Shown: positions 13,901 to 31,374, counted from the first letter of the stretch. The stretch is DNA of 64,000 bases from Bigelowiella natans CCMP2755 (GCA_000320545.1 ADNK01000875.1:248001-312000), one strand, 5' to 3'. The notes: generated from the letters alone by a model not told the origin. Numbers and translations: made by a program.

Positions 13901-14242
13901 GTTTTCAGCACGTTGCTCCATTGCGACCTTTTCTTCGTCGCCGCACTGAAGGCCTTTCGCGTCCAGAAGCCTTGTTTTGCCACCTATTGAGCATGAGAGG
14001 CATACTGGCTCTTTCAAATATCTCTGATTTTTAGATTTGCACTCTTCAGTTCCTTTACTGGAGGAAGAGGAGGAACTCATGATCTGCATGATGGCTTCCT
14101 TATCTACCCGAAGAGGCAATGATTCATGGCTGTTCGAATTGTTGCGGCAACTCTCTTTTATCACTTGCTGGATCCACGAGACCGCGGCAATGTCCTTCTT
14201 CGAGGAATGAGAGGGCAAGAGAGCCTCCTCCTCGAGCGCCAT
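7192..14242 (-). CDS. Single-chain class Ia ribonucleotide reductase R1-R2 fusion with C-terminal HemK/N6AMT1-like methyltransferase (~1,973 aa, 8 exons)
   Basis: Exons 14242-13876, 13784-13097, 12963-12798, 12629-11782, 11619-11162, 10889-10650, 10581-10541 and 10305-7192 are all GT-AG and phase-compatible, total 5922 nt. R1 motifs: FSTCF, TGEPYM, SSNLCTEI, SVCT, LGIGGQG, FIDQSES, GLKTGLYYMR. R2 motifs: ADNVV, QEVVHSLTY, VEGIMFSSAF, RDEGQH. Methyltransferase motifs: IDVGAGSG, DLIICNPPY. The R1 C-terminus, R2 and the methyltransferase lie in one stop-free ORF (7192-10305). Confidence 0.9.
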
Positions 14243-14609
14243 TGCTCTCAGCTCTCAGTTGATCAGCTATCGAATCAATGGACAGACGATGAACGTTATC
14301 GAATCTTACGAATGTGTGTTGTCGTCCATTTTCGTTGTCTTTCTTGTGAAATGACCTGTATATTATCCTTGTTTTTCCGATTATTCATTTACACCTTACG
14401 ACAACACAAATCCCCCATCCGAAGCACATTTCGCCTGGTAGCGTTCCTAATGATGGTTTCCATCTGCAATTCTTAGCTGCGACAACATAATATAATCCCG
14501 AGAACTGCGAAGCGAAAAAGAGTACGCTAGTCGGAGACGCTGAAGCTTCCGCTGAGGAGAAGAGATGCACACATGCACATGTGAACATGAATGTAAACAC
14601 ATGGATCTA

Positions 14610-15276
14610 CATGTACATGTGAGACGGATGTGATGAAGAATTGAATTTTTTCAATGGTCATCCTGATGTAGCTGTGCAATGCAGCGGCTACAGCGCTGAT
14701 GTTGCATCTGTTGGTTTCTGCCACGATGTGTTTCATGCACTTGAAAGCGTCCTCATGCGACCGATGTTGCCGCGCACTGCGCGCAGCAGTTCTGGAGTCC
14801 TTTTCAGCCTTTGTCAGCCGGTTCGTGTCGTCGTTGCGATTCATGATCGCGCGCATTTGATTGCGCAATCTGATTTGTTCTCGACTGTGTGTTGGACATT
14901 GCAGGAGATGATCCATGTCCTTCAGGATGCCACATGCATCGCACGTGGCATCTTCCTCTGTGCATTGTCCACGTGACAGCATGAATTTTCCAAGATTGCC
15001 GACACCACAGATGGCGCGCATCCATGATGTAGCAACACTTGGAAGTTTTAGTTTGATGCCGGTGATCGAAGATGACGGGAGGAATCCAAGATTCTTGAGA
15101 TGCACAGCGCGCAATGAATCATTGGACCATTCCTCTTCGAATTCGTTGAAAGCACATGATTTCATCACCTTGTGATGTTTTTTCAGTTCTTTTTTTAGCG
15201 CCTCTGTTGTCGCCAAAACGGTGGGCAATTCGTCATCCAACAAGTCGTCAGTGATCGATTTGAGCTGACGAAACAA
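14610..15276 (-). mobile_element. Non-LTR retrotransposon (LINE) 3' fragment, copy A, TpA-depleted
   Basis: Encodes a C-terminal CCHC knuckle (CDAC...DMDHLLQC) typical of LINE ORF2 ends. Clearly homologous to 35696-36060 (both share SAVAAALHSYIRMTIEKI). Confidence 0.7.
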
Positions 15277-15519
15277 GGATGCTTTGTTCCACGCCTACAC
15301 ACATGTGCACATGCATGCACATGTGTACATGTATGTATGCATACATGACATACAATGTGATGATGGGGGTCCGTGCTTGTGCTGTTTTTAACAATGAATT
15401 TTTCACAACCACACATTCTCTCCACAAATTGCCTCCAATGCATGATCAGGCTGCCATTTAGATTCTCAATGACCTAATTCCATCCATCGCATGCATGCGT
15501 CACTTTACTTCGTTTGCAG

Positions 15520-15666
15520 ATTTTTGCTGCGCACTGGTAACACAGTCCTGCTACTGGGTTCGGGCCGGGGATCGATCGACTGATGATGCTGGCTGGAACT
15601 TCTAACATTAGAGACGTCACGCTCTTTCCGGTTGCAAAACCCGAGCCAGAAGCAGTAGTTTCCTAG
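15520..15666 (+). pseudogene. Lysyl-tRNA synthetase C-terminal fragment
   Basis: Translates DFCCAL..., then after a frame disruption [33 protein letters not shown], matching class II LysRS motif 3 (GxGIDRLxML...IRDVxLFP). No upstream exons found. Confidence 0.7.
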
Positions 15667-16341
15667 ATTGGCTTGCGATTGTTTGCATCATCGCCCTGTC
15701 GTGTGGTGGATAATACTCTCAAGTAATTCGGTATCATCGATCCTTCGCTGTAGCGCTGACCGACAGCAATGTTAGTTAATCTAGCTATGATTTGTGCGCG
15801 ATGCGTTGTTGTGCTGCATGCCGCACAGACAAATACATATGTGTGTATGTAAACATATGTTCATATCGCCGTACATGTATGCATCATAGCCACAGTCATG
15901 CATACGTAGCACACACATGTGTAGATGTATAGTAAACATGTGTACGCATGCACATGTACATTTCTAAATTTGTAAACATGCCCTCACCATATCTAGATAT
16001 CGCATACATGCAGCAAGTATGACTAGAATTCAACAACGATTAGTCTCCACGTCCATGATTTTCCTCAACAATGCTGCGGCGCTGGCTTGGCATAGTTGAT
16101 ACATTCGTCGATGCCATGTGTTAGCATAGAGTAGTGCAAGCCATTATACCATGATTCAGCTGTTGGCGATCAGATGTACTAGCTGATAATTTGCTTAGCA
16201 ATGATGCAATTCGGAGGGAATACAGTATTCCGCTCACAGGTGGGCGTGGAAAAATGTATGGATCATGAGAAACTTAAAATTATTTGACTGCTGGATTGTC
16301 AGAATCTTCTTCCTCCTCCTCCTCCTCATCCTGTGCTTTTG

Positions 16342-16923
16342 CTATGAGTCTTGGAAGGGTATTTCTTTACAGAATGCATTAACATCGTCTTCACTGATTG
16401 TTATTTCCCCACTATTATCTAGATCTGGCTCGTATCGTATCTGAAAGCAATCCTGATATTCTTCACCCTGCATTCGCGGTTCATTCAGTCCGCAGACAAA
16501 AAATACTTTGACTACTCTTTTGAATTTTTTTTTTGCTCTTTCGAGGAGATCATCGTTAGTATTTCCATTTCTACGGTTTGTTGTAGAAAGCAGCACACAA
16601 AAAAACAAGACCTCTTGCAAATTCATTTCTTTTGGGATTACATTGTCGTCCTTCCCACGTTGGAACAAACCCAAGAACCATTGACACAATTTCCATTTCC
16701 CTTTCTTATTCTTCTCTAGGATTTTGTCTATGAGATTCGATAAAAGCTCCGGATTTTCATCGGAATTGCAAAAATATTGCAGATATTTCTTGCGCGCCGC
16801 CGAGGCTTTACGGTTCTGTGGGCAACAAGGAGAAAACGACAGCGGTGGGTATATTTTGCAGCGACTAGATGGCGAAGGATGGAGATTCTGCTGATTAACA
16901 TTTTCAAAACAAACACACACACA

Positions 16924-16989
<66 letters not shown>

Positions 16990-17117
16990 GTTATTCCTTT
17001 CCTAGGATTATGATCGATAAAACTTATTGTGGTTCTATACACGTGAAACGATCATCCAACTAGATATAATATCCACTTACGACAAGATAGATGTGATAAA
17101 AAATGATTTTAAAATAC

Positions 17118-17149
<32 letters not shown>

Positions 17150-17500
17150 ACCGTTCATAATCGGAGAACAATTTCAAAATATTCAGAAGTGAAACCTCAT
17201 TTTCTTTAGGATTCAGGTCGCTGATGGAGGAAGTATCTCTGTAAGGAAATGAGCAAAGGGAACTTCAGGAATATGATTATCGTATTCATTTTTTCCATTT
17301 CCAAATACCTCTCTTCTACTCGTGGATTCATAGTTTTAATGTCAGCCTCTGTGCATCCTGGACATTGGATATCTTTCAATTACAATGTATCTTTATATAA
17401 TCGATATAAAGGAGAATATTGTAAAAATTATGATTGCGAACTACCCCCTTCTCTTCTCTCTGAAGACACAATTTTCTATGTATGATCAATGTCTTTGCTT
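16342..17500 (-). CDS. Hypothetical protein (last exon ~16342-16815 plus possible upstream exons)
   Basis: A 150-codon normal-complexity open segment (NRKASAARKKYLQYFC...KEIPFQDS*) follows a cag acceptor. No family recognised. Confidence 0.35.
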
Positions 17501-19337
17501 CAAGATCATTTCAACGGTTGTCAATCACCATAAGTATTTATGATTCCGCTCGATTTCACGGTGACGCTGCATACATGTGCGTGACGTTTGCAATATGAGG
17601 AAGAAGATCTTCTACGTCCCAACTAGCTCCAGCACCAACAAAAGGATGCCAGATCGAAAGATGACAACAGAGGGAATTTCACGATACTTTTTTTTTGTGA
17701 AGATACTTTTTTTGTGAAGACTCATATGACAGGAAGTTCGAAGTCAGTATCGGGTGCTTTCGTTTACACGTGAAAGCTCAAAATTTTGGGGAGACGATGG
17801 GTCCACTTGGATTCTGGTGCGTGCAGTTGTTGACTACTCACAGCCACTGCTCGGACTGACGCCTTGATCTGCTCGGCTGACGCCCAGGTCAGTAGAAAAT
17901 TATTTCCTTACTGGGCTGCAAGAACACCCATGATTTTCCTCTGCGACAGGGATTTTTGATGATTTTTCAATATTTTCCCGTGTCAGTAGAGCGTCATTCT
18001 GCTCCGAGTCTTTCTTGTTGAAAGCTGCAGCCTTTTAGGCCATTTCTTATCGATTTTGGCCTCCATTTGATCGATCTTTCGGAAAATATGATGATGACGA
18101 CGCCCATGCCCGAGGAGAGTCCAGCTGTCTGCTTTTTTTTGGGCCTGCATTTGCTCTTTACTATCTATTCAATGCCCAACGCATACCATTCCGCAGTGTG
18201 TGCCTGAGGATAGTCCTTGAGATACAGCAAGCGAAGCAAGTTAGCCTGTGCACTTCATCAATTAATCTTAGACTCGATGTTTTCAGCGACGTCGCTATCC
18301 TAATTTCTTCCGAAATACACTTGACAAATTTCATCCATTTCTCGTGATTGGAATAATTTTCCCATCCCATTTTCAACATAATTGCACCAATGCTGGGAGT
18401 CCTGGCCGCTGTCCGTCTCGAAATCGTACTTGCTTCGTGTTCGAAAGAAGATCGACGAGACGAAAAATTAAGTTTGAGACTAAATGTGGCATCAAAGAAA
18501 GTGTGGAATCAATCCCCCGCCCTGCTGTTGACATGCTGCACAATCAGCTATGCTTGTGCACTTGCAGCAGACTCTTTGCTGTCCGAAACCGAACATCGAG
18601 TAAATACGCACCTGTTGTCAATGATGAGCTGCCTGCGCTACATGTGCTGGGATTCACCATGTCACTATAGCCAGAAGTGAACTCCAATTTTTTCTGATCT
18701 TCACCCCATGAGATCCTGCAGCACGTTTTTGACCTAGCTTTCGGCAAGGCTAAGCAATTATCATGTGGGCTTGTGCCACTGCTTTGTTTGTATTAAATTG
18801 TTTTCATGCTGTGCTTTATTATAAAGCAGACGCTAGACTGATCAATTCATCTCTGTATATGATTATCGATTCGAGGGGTGTAGTCAGCTCGCGACCAACT
18901 TAATGTAAAGAAACATAAGGCAAAATTGATGTAATAATGATTCTAGTAATGATGTCATTGAGTCGGCAAATTCCCATCCTGAGTGTCACGAATTACTGTC
19001 GACGCGCTTAGTCGCTCGTTTTCATATAACCGCTGACGCATACTTCTTAATAGCTTAGCGTGACTGCATGGATGTACATAATTTTGCGCACAAATATGCG
19101 CGCACATGGAAACATATCGATAAGAGCAATAACGTACGTTGTGCACTGCGTTTTTCCATGCACGCATGCACACATAGTGTAAAGTGCAATATATACGATT
19201 TAACATTAGAGACGCCATCTATGCGTAAACGGACACTAGCTTAGCTTTGCTGTGTTTCGTAAAAATCCCTTGTAATGGGAGTTAACTCGAAAGAATGTGT
19301 TGTGCTTAGTTCCCCCATTTAAAATTATTATTGACAA

Positions 19338-21927
19338 TCAGAGCTCTTGTTTCAGGTGAGATGATGTACCTAAATGATAGATTGGAGGGTGATGTAGTGT
19401 CAGAAGATTGTATTGCTCCTCTAGTTGCGACCTCAACCCTCCTCTCTATTCCCCTGCTTTCTTTCCCACCCTCTCATTCTATCCGCAACCTGTTTTCATG
19501 GCAGAAGCGATAATCGGTGCTGCCTGTTCAGTATTGGTGGTTCCTAGCGACAGCACGCTTGCTGCACGCTTCATCTCACGAAGAACATCTTGTCCGCGGT
19601 AGTAGAAGAAAGCGAATCTGTGTCGGTAGTGGCATTGGGAATGAAAAAGAGGCATGATTGCGTATGCTTGTACAAAACTATGACATGCGTCAGTGCGTGC
19701 GTATATGTTCTATTAAGATTATTGGCGCGATGCATCAGATATTTCTGTTCGTTATCGTTAACTAAACTAAATACCCAGGCTTCCGCCCCCCCCCCAACCC
19801 GATGGTTCATACACATTACCCTCTACTTCCCTGTGTGTTGTTAACTTTGGTTTGCACTTGCCCCTCAGAGTCCTAGGCAAGAGGAGGAGGAGGAGGAGGA
19901 GGAGGAGGAGGACTTAAGTACTTTCTTCGGTGGGTAACATGAATGAAACGATATTAGAAGAAGAAAGAAGAAAATTATGTAGAACTTCATATAACGACAG
20001 CAGTACAGCAGCGTAACTACCATGAATAGCATGCGAGGGATGTATTCACCATCAGGCTGATACTTAAGATCCGAAGGCTCCTCTTCGTTTTGGAGGTTTA
20101 TCATCACAAACTTCGAGGAGTCTACATAATGGTGAAATATGAACAGGTCAATCTTTGCGTGCGTGCGTATGCGTTTGCGTGGACTGAACTTACATTGCTC
20201 AATCTCATCGGCGTACTTGGAGGTCGTGAAGGCGCTCTTCAATTTTGTGCACTGAAACATACTGTTCGTTAAATTCACTGGAAAGGAATGATTAAACAAG
20301 AGGACATGTTGGTTGTTGGCATGGCGGAAGGAGCGACATAGCAGAGAGTTCTAATGCTACGTTTTTGTCGCAGTTGTTCGTCGACCAACGGCTTCGGCTT
20401 AATCCAGTTCTTCACATACTGTTTATGAACTGCCATAGCTATTCTGCTACTACTACTTCTGCTGCTACTACTATATCTACCTGATGACAAGCAGTGTTAT
20501 GGATGAGCAGAAGGATAGGTTTCTTCTCCTGTCTGGCAATGCGCTCTCCCTCAGCTATGCTGTTCACCCACTGCGTACACGAATGGTGAGAAATCAAGAT
20601 GGGGACTACCCACTGGCAATGGGGTAAAGATGGCGGGGGAAACGATGACGAAGATGAAACAATCAGATAGAAATCAAACACATAGCCTTGTCGTAGAACA
20701 ATAAGCATTATTGGTGATTTTGCTTTTGCTCTTAGCAACAACGACCTGGATCTTTTCGTTGAAGCCTCTTGCTCCCTTTTCTCCGGGGGTATACATATGC
20801 GATGAACTTGCCGATGATGATGCCTTCGAACATTTGATGTAGTATAGTACACATGTTGTTACATGTGTGTAGATATCGGGGTTACTACTAATGTTCCTAT
20901 GTCATTCATCGTAATCCTCTACACTTTTTTCGGTTGTGGTGTATTAGCTCACATAGTCATTGGAGAGTGTGAATGTCCTCGCACCGTCATCGTATGGGAA
21001 TTCCTTCTGTTCACATCGAAACAGCTTTCTTATCAAGCTTCATCATAACGATGACGACGATGTGATGATGAAGAAGATGATGATGCTTGTAGCGATTTAG
21101 TACTGGAGGCAGAAAATTGATGTGATTTGTGTACAAAAGTACGTTGAGTTGCTGAATGACAGAATATATTCTTCGTCGATGTCCTAGCTTGTCAACACCT
21201 GATTGGTTTGGATTCTGAGTTCTTCAAAATTCATTCTTGAAAATTCATACAAATTGATATGGGGTCTTATTACATACATGCAATTTATGTCGGGAAAAAG
21301 GTGGAGAGAGAGAGTGAAGTTTAGAAGGCGTGATAGTGAAAAACGCCGAGAAAGTAGAAAAATAAGTATCATGGTGGTTGTACAAATGGCGAAAAGTTGT
21401 TGAGCAATATGTTGTACCCAATTCGCTTTTTAGTTCCGCTTCGCTCAAAGAGATTAATGTCTGCGTGACACACCAGCGATGATATTTCGCGTGGGACAGA
21501 TTACAGTCTGCTTATCCTCATTACTACCATAGGCAATTACATACCTTTCCGTCGATGCCTTGCTCCTGGAACACCTCCTTGAACTGCGGGAGCTCAAGCG
21601 TATCCAACCTTCGTGGAGAGAAAGAATTAGAAACCTCGTAGGTCATTCGAAGTAACGGGTAATTCTACCACTCTCCGACTTCCTTTACGCTCCAAGCTCC
21701 AGGACTCTGATTAAGTAAGCGAGCAAATGAATTCTGATTTGGAAGGGTGACCTTCGAAAAGTAATTGCATGGATAGAATTTGCATACTTCCTGCTCACCT
21801 TATCGACTTTTATCACAGGATCGATGAACTCAGTAGCATCAACGGCCAGACCATTGAAATACATTAATGACACTCCTACAAGTGCCATGATGGAAGTGGA
21901 GCATGGATGCATCGCTAATCTCACCAT
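19338..21927 (-). CDS. Secretory-pathway SAM-domain + ERp18/TXNDC12/AGR-like thioredoxin protein ending in KTEL (~270 aa, ~12 exons)
   Basis: Manual splicing gives a hydrophobic N-terminus (IMALVGVSLMYFNGLAVDA), a SAM domain (WSVKEVGEWLDTLELPQFKEVFQEQGIDGKTLISLSEAELKSELGVDKLGHRRRI), a thioredoxin fold (KPILLLIHNTACHQCTKLK...FVMINLQNEEEPSDLKYQPDGEYIPRMLF...FFYYRGQDVLREMKRA) and terminal MKTEL* via an 8-nt last coding exon at 19345-19338. Confidence 0.8.
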
Positions 21928-22906
21928 AGTTCTTTAAATTCTTCGCAGAGCTGCTTTCCTGGGAAGTGATGATCGGATCAAAAATTCTGGTGCAATGCGT
22001 AGATTTTTCGAATGATACAGATTGAATTTGAATTTTTGGATCATGTGGAAATGGCCACGGGGCTACCCCGATTTTTCCAATAAAAGATAAATTGAACGAT
22101 AATTTTGAGAAGCGACAATATTTCACAGAAACAAATTGCTGTCATTTTCGGAAATGGTGCAGGGAAAGACCGAGGTGATAATTAATTAATTCGGCTAGCA
22201 ATTTTTGATGTCGTCAATGCCAAACCCAATCTATTCCTTGACCGACATTTTTGTTTTGAATATAATAAACCGGCAGACTCCCACCAACGGCTCTGCTGCA
22301 GAAACATTCAGCTCTAAAGTGATAAAAAGTGATTATTTATTAATATAATTTCTTCTAAATAAGGTAGTATTTGAATGATATTCTTTCAATCCATCCAAAA
22401 CGGCATCAATTCTTTCTAATACTGTTCAAGCTTCAATATAATGGGCGACGGGTTTTTGGCATCGAATTCAAAATGAAAACTTTCTGCCGAAATCGGACGT
22501 CATCGTACTGTGCGTCGTAGACCAACACTTGTCTCAGTATCAAAATGTACGGCACTCAAAAAGGAGATCCGATATACGAAAGCGAGAAAAATTAGAAAAA
22601 GGAATACATTGGGAATATGCGACAACTTGATTGAATTTGTCGCAAGAATAAAGCGCAGTTTCCGTACCCAGCCTGGCAACACAGAGCGGTTGAGTTTCGA
22701 GGTCTGCCGACCCGTTCGTTCCCGCCCCCTCCCTGGAGTTAGATATGCATGCAGTGTGATTTATTTTCGATTTTATGTTAGTTCAAGCGAATGTATGATT
22801 GCCATGATAGCTGGACCGAACGGCTTATCGTTTCTCGTTCACATTCCTCACTGAAAACGCTACTGCTGTCATGTATGTGTATTCGCCTTAAAACGAACCA
22901 CAGGCC

Positions 22907-28718
<5,812 letters not shown>

Positions 28719-29149
28719 TAGTGGGCTGGATGCAACAACAACAAACATAAACAAACGATAGCAAGCCTACCACATATCTATTGATCAAAAGAAGGTATGG
28801 TGGAAGCAGCAACTTATACAGTATTGATAGATAAATTTAGAAGCAGTGATGAAGGTTGTTATTTTTTTTCCATCTTCTCCTTCAACAGTCTCACCGTCTT
28901 CTTACGTAGCGATACGAATAGAGTATTTCTGCCTCGTACTCAGCCATCAGCTGAGCGCTACATGCTGCTGCTATGATCATCGGAGTAATGCAATGATGAT
29001 AATTAAACACACCATCAGTTTTATTATTACATAATTGAAGCCAAGCAACATTATGGCTACTGACGTTGTCGTTGAAACACTGGATCACTTCGATCACATG
29101 GCCTGCTGGTGGGTGCACAAGTACCGCTAGACCGCGTATGCGCGTATCT

Positions 29150-29830
29150 AGGCATGGCTGCATGGTGAAGCTGGCTAGCTAGTAGCTGGCTCGACGACTA
29201 CATTCATGTGCACATGCTAGCATCAAGCGTAGGTTAGGCGTGTAGCATGCATAGCTAGATAGCTAGATAGGGTGCGATAAGTGCATGATCGACATCCTTA
29301 TGTACATGTACCTCTGAGTAGATCTGCTAGCTAGCGCTAGCTAGCTAGAGTACAAAGAGAGTGCGATGTAATATCGAGCTGCGCTATCTAGCTAGCTCTA
29401 GCTCTAGATCCATCTAGCTAGCTAGCTAGCTAGCTAGATGTGCTAGCATGTGCTATAGCATTTCGCAGAAGTGTAGCCGCACGTACGTAGCGCTAGAGCG
29501 TCGCGCATTCTAGCTGGCTAGAACTAGCTACCATTTGCTAGATTTAGCAGCACATTCCTAGCTCTAGCTAGCTAGCTGCTCTAGTGCTAGATCTGCTACA
29601 TGCTAGCTCTGGAGCTATGCTAGCTAGCATGGCTCTAGCTAGCTAGTGATTAGATGATATAGCGTACTGTGCTTGAGAGTCATGTAGACATAGAACTAGA
29701 GTAGCAATAAGAACGCGACAGCTATACTACATGTACTACTGTCTAGCTGTGTCTAGCTAGCTAGACCTAGCACTATCCTAGTATCGACACTCTAGCTCTG
29801 TGCGACACATTGATCATGCTAGCATGCCTT
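29150..29830. repeat. CTAG/GCTA-rich low-complexity tract
   Basis: Dense (GCTA)n/CTAG runs such as ctagctagctagctagctagctag near 29414-29437. Similar tracts occur at 35450-35560 and 41345-41710. Confidence 0.7.
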
Positions 29831-30022
29831 AAATATTGTAAAATATATGGACTTTTATTCACAATCTGCGTGTTTATCGTATGATATGGTACGGTCCTAA
29901 TTGCATGCATGCATGTGCGTGCATTATAACACCTTTTTACAATAGTAGGACTGTTCGGCAACTCTTGGCATCAAGCTATTCCTGACGACATTCGAGTGTA
30001 CGATATGGGATAATGTGAAGAA

Positions 30023-30660
30023 CTACGACTTTATCCCAATTTGATTCTGAAGTTGGCGTGCAGGCTTGATGTTGTATTTCTCCATGAAATCGTCTAGCTC
30101 CGTTTGCTTCTTCTTCATGTGATCCGATAGTTGCTTGATCATTTGATTTATCTATAATAAGAAAAACGCAAACGTGGTCAATAAGTGTGGCTCTTCTTCA
30201 TCATCTCTCAAAAACTGTAGGTTATTACCCCTTGGAGATTCCTTTCTACAGCCGGAAGCACCTCTTTAATCGTTCTCTCCACTAAAACCCCGCCGATCAA
30301 GCGATAACACTTGCGTGCTGGATCTAAATCCTTAATTGTGTTTATCACGAGCCTAATAGAATCAGGATGTTCAGATAAGGAATTTGCAGAAAAGAGGCTC
30401 TTGTTGAGAAAATTCTGGAAAGATTGGGAAAAATAAATATTCAACGAAGAATGGATTAGCGGAAGAAAACGCATCCGTCAAGAAGTAGGAAATTATATCT
30501 GACAAAATGATAGAGAATCATACGAGTGCTCATTCCTATCCGAGTCCAACTCCCCAATTTTCAGGCCGTACTGTCGCACTTCTGCCTTGATAGCCTCAAA
30601 TTTCTGCATAATCTCTGCAGCCTGTGCCTGCGCCTTGCCTGCATCCGCGCTGGAAGCCAT
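30023..30660 (-). CDS. PFDN2: Prefoldin subunit 2 (3 exons)
   Basis: MASSADAGKAQ...KIGELDSDRNEHS|LVINTIKDLDPARKCYRLIGGVLVERTIKEVLPAVERN|INQMIKQL...EKYNIK, including the diagnostic RKCYRLIGGVLVERT motif. Confidence 0.93.
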
Positions 30661-31374
30661 TTCGAATGGATTATAACATATATTCTCGGGATTCCCAGTA
30701 AACGTAATAAATAGGCTCAAATATTACATAACGACAAATATTTCAGAGCAGAATATCGAAAAACCTTTTTTCTGCGATTCTTCTCGGCAATTTTCTGCGG
30801 GCTCGGGGGAATTTCCTGCAGATGGAAGCAGGTTTTGATCGGATCAATTGTATTTTCGATACCCTTTTGGTTTAATCATAGCGACAAGATTGCCGGCGAA
30901 ATATTGTGTAAATCGTCGGAAGCGTACGGGAAAATCGAGACCAAGAATCACGAGAAGCTATTTTGAAAGTTTGGAGGACTTCTACGGGCATAGAAATACA
31001 GGGGATTTTGAAGCATCTTTGCGTATAAATTCTATTATTATAGCATAAACCGCCAAGGTCACACGCATCGCATGGCCGCGCCCTGTCCCCCCCCCGTAGT
31101 TGGCAATATATAAGATGTATCCCCTTTACCCCCATTCGGGAGATGAATTCGTAGAGAAACGGCAATGCGGTGTCCGTGTCTGATAATTACTACGAATGCT
31201 CCTCTTCCCGATCCGAACATTGTACAGAGAGAAGAGTTTAAGCTGACTTTGATGAATGGTGGTCTGGACGGGTTCTTTAACATTGCGCGCGTTGAATATA
31301 TTTCACAGGAGACCTTTGTTCAGTTGCATCAAGACGAAGCAATAGCTGGACAAAAGGGCGGAAAATAGAGCAAA

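Noticed and set aside
7192-15350. Idea that the RNR-methyltransferase fusion causes the TpA hypermutation
   Set aside because: Only proximity supports it. TpA-depleted zones occur throughout the window, and a nucleotide-pool enzyme would not obviously give repeat-restricted, context-specific mutation.
17800-18760. Possible gene in a moderately complex region with 70-110 aa ORFs
   Set aside because: No recognisable motif or consistent splice model on either strand.
30661-31374. Bidirectional promoter between PFDN2 and eIF3c (similar head-to-head layouts at 21928-22906 and 59521-60269)
   Set aside because: The layout is real but ordinary for compact genomes, and no specific element could be supported.
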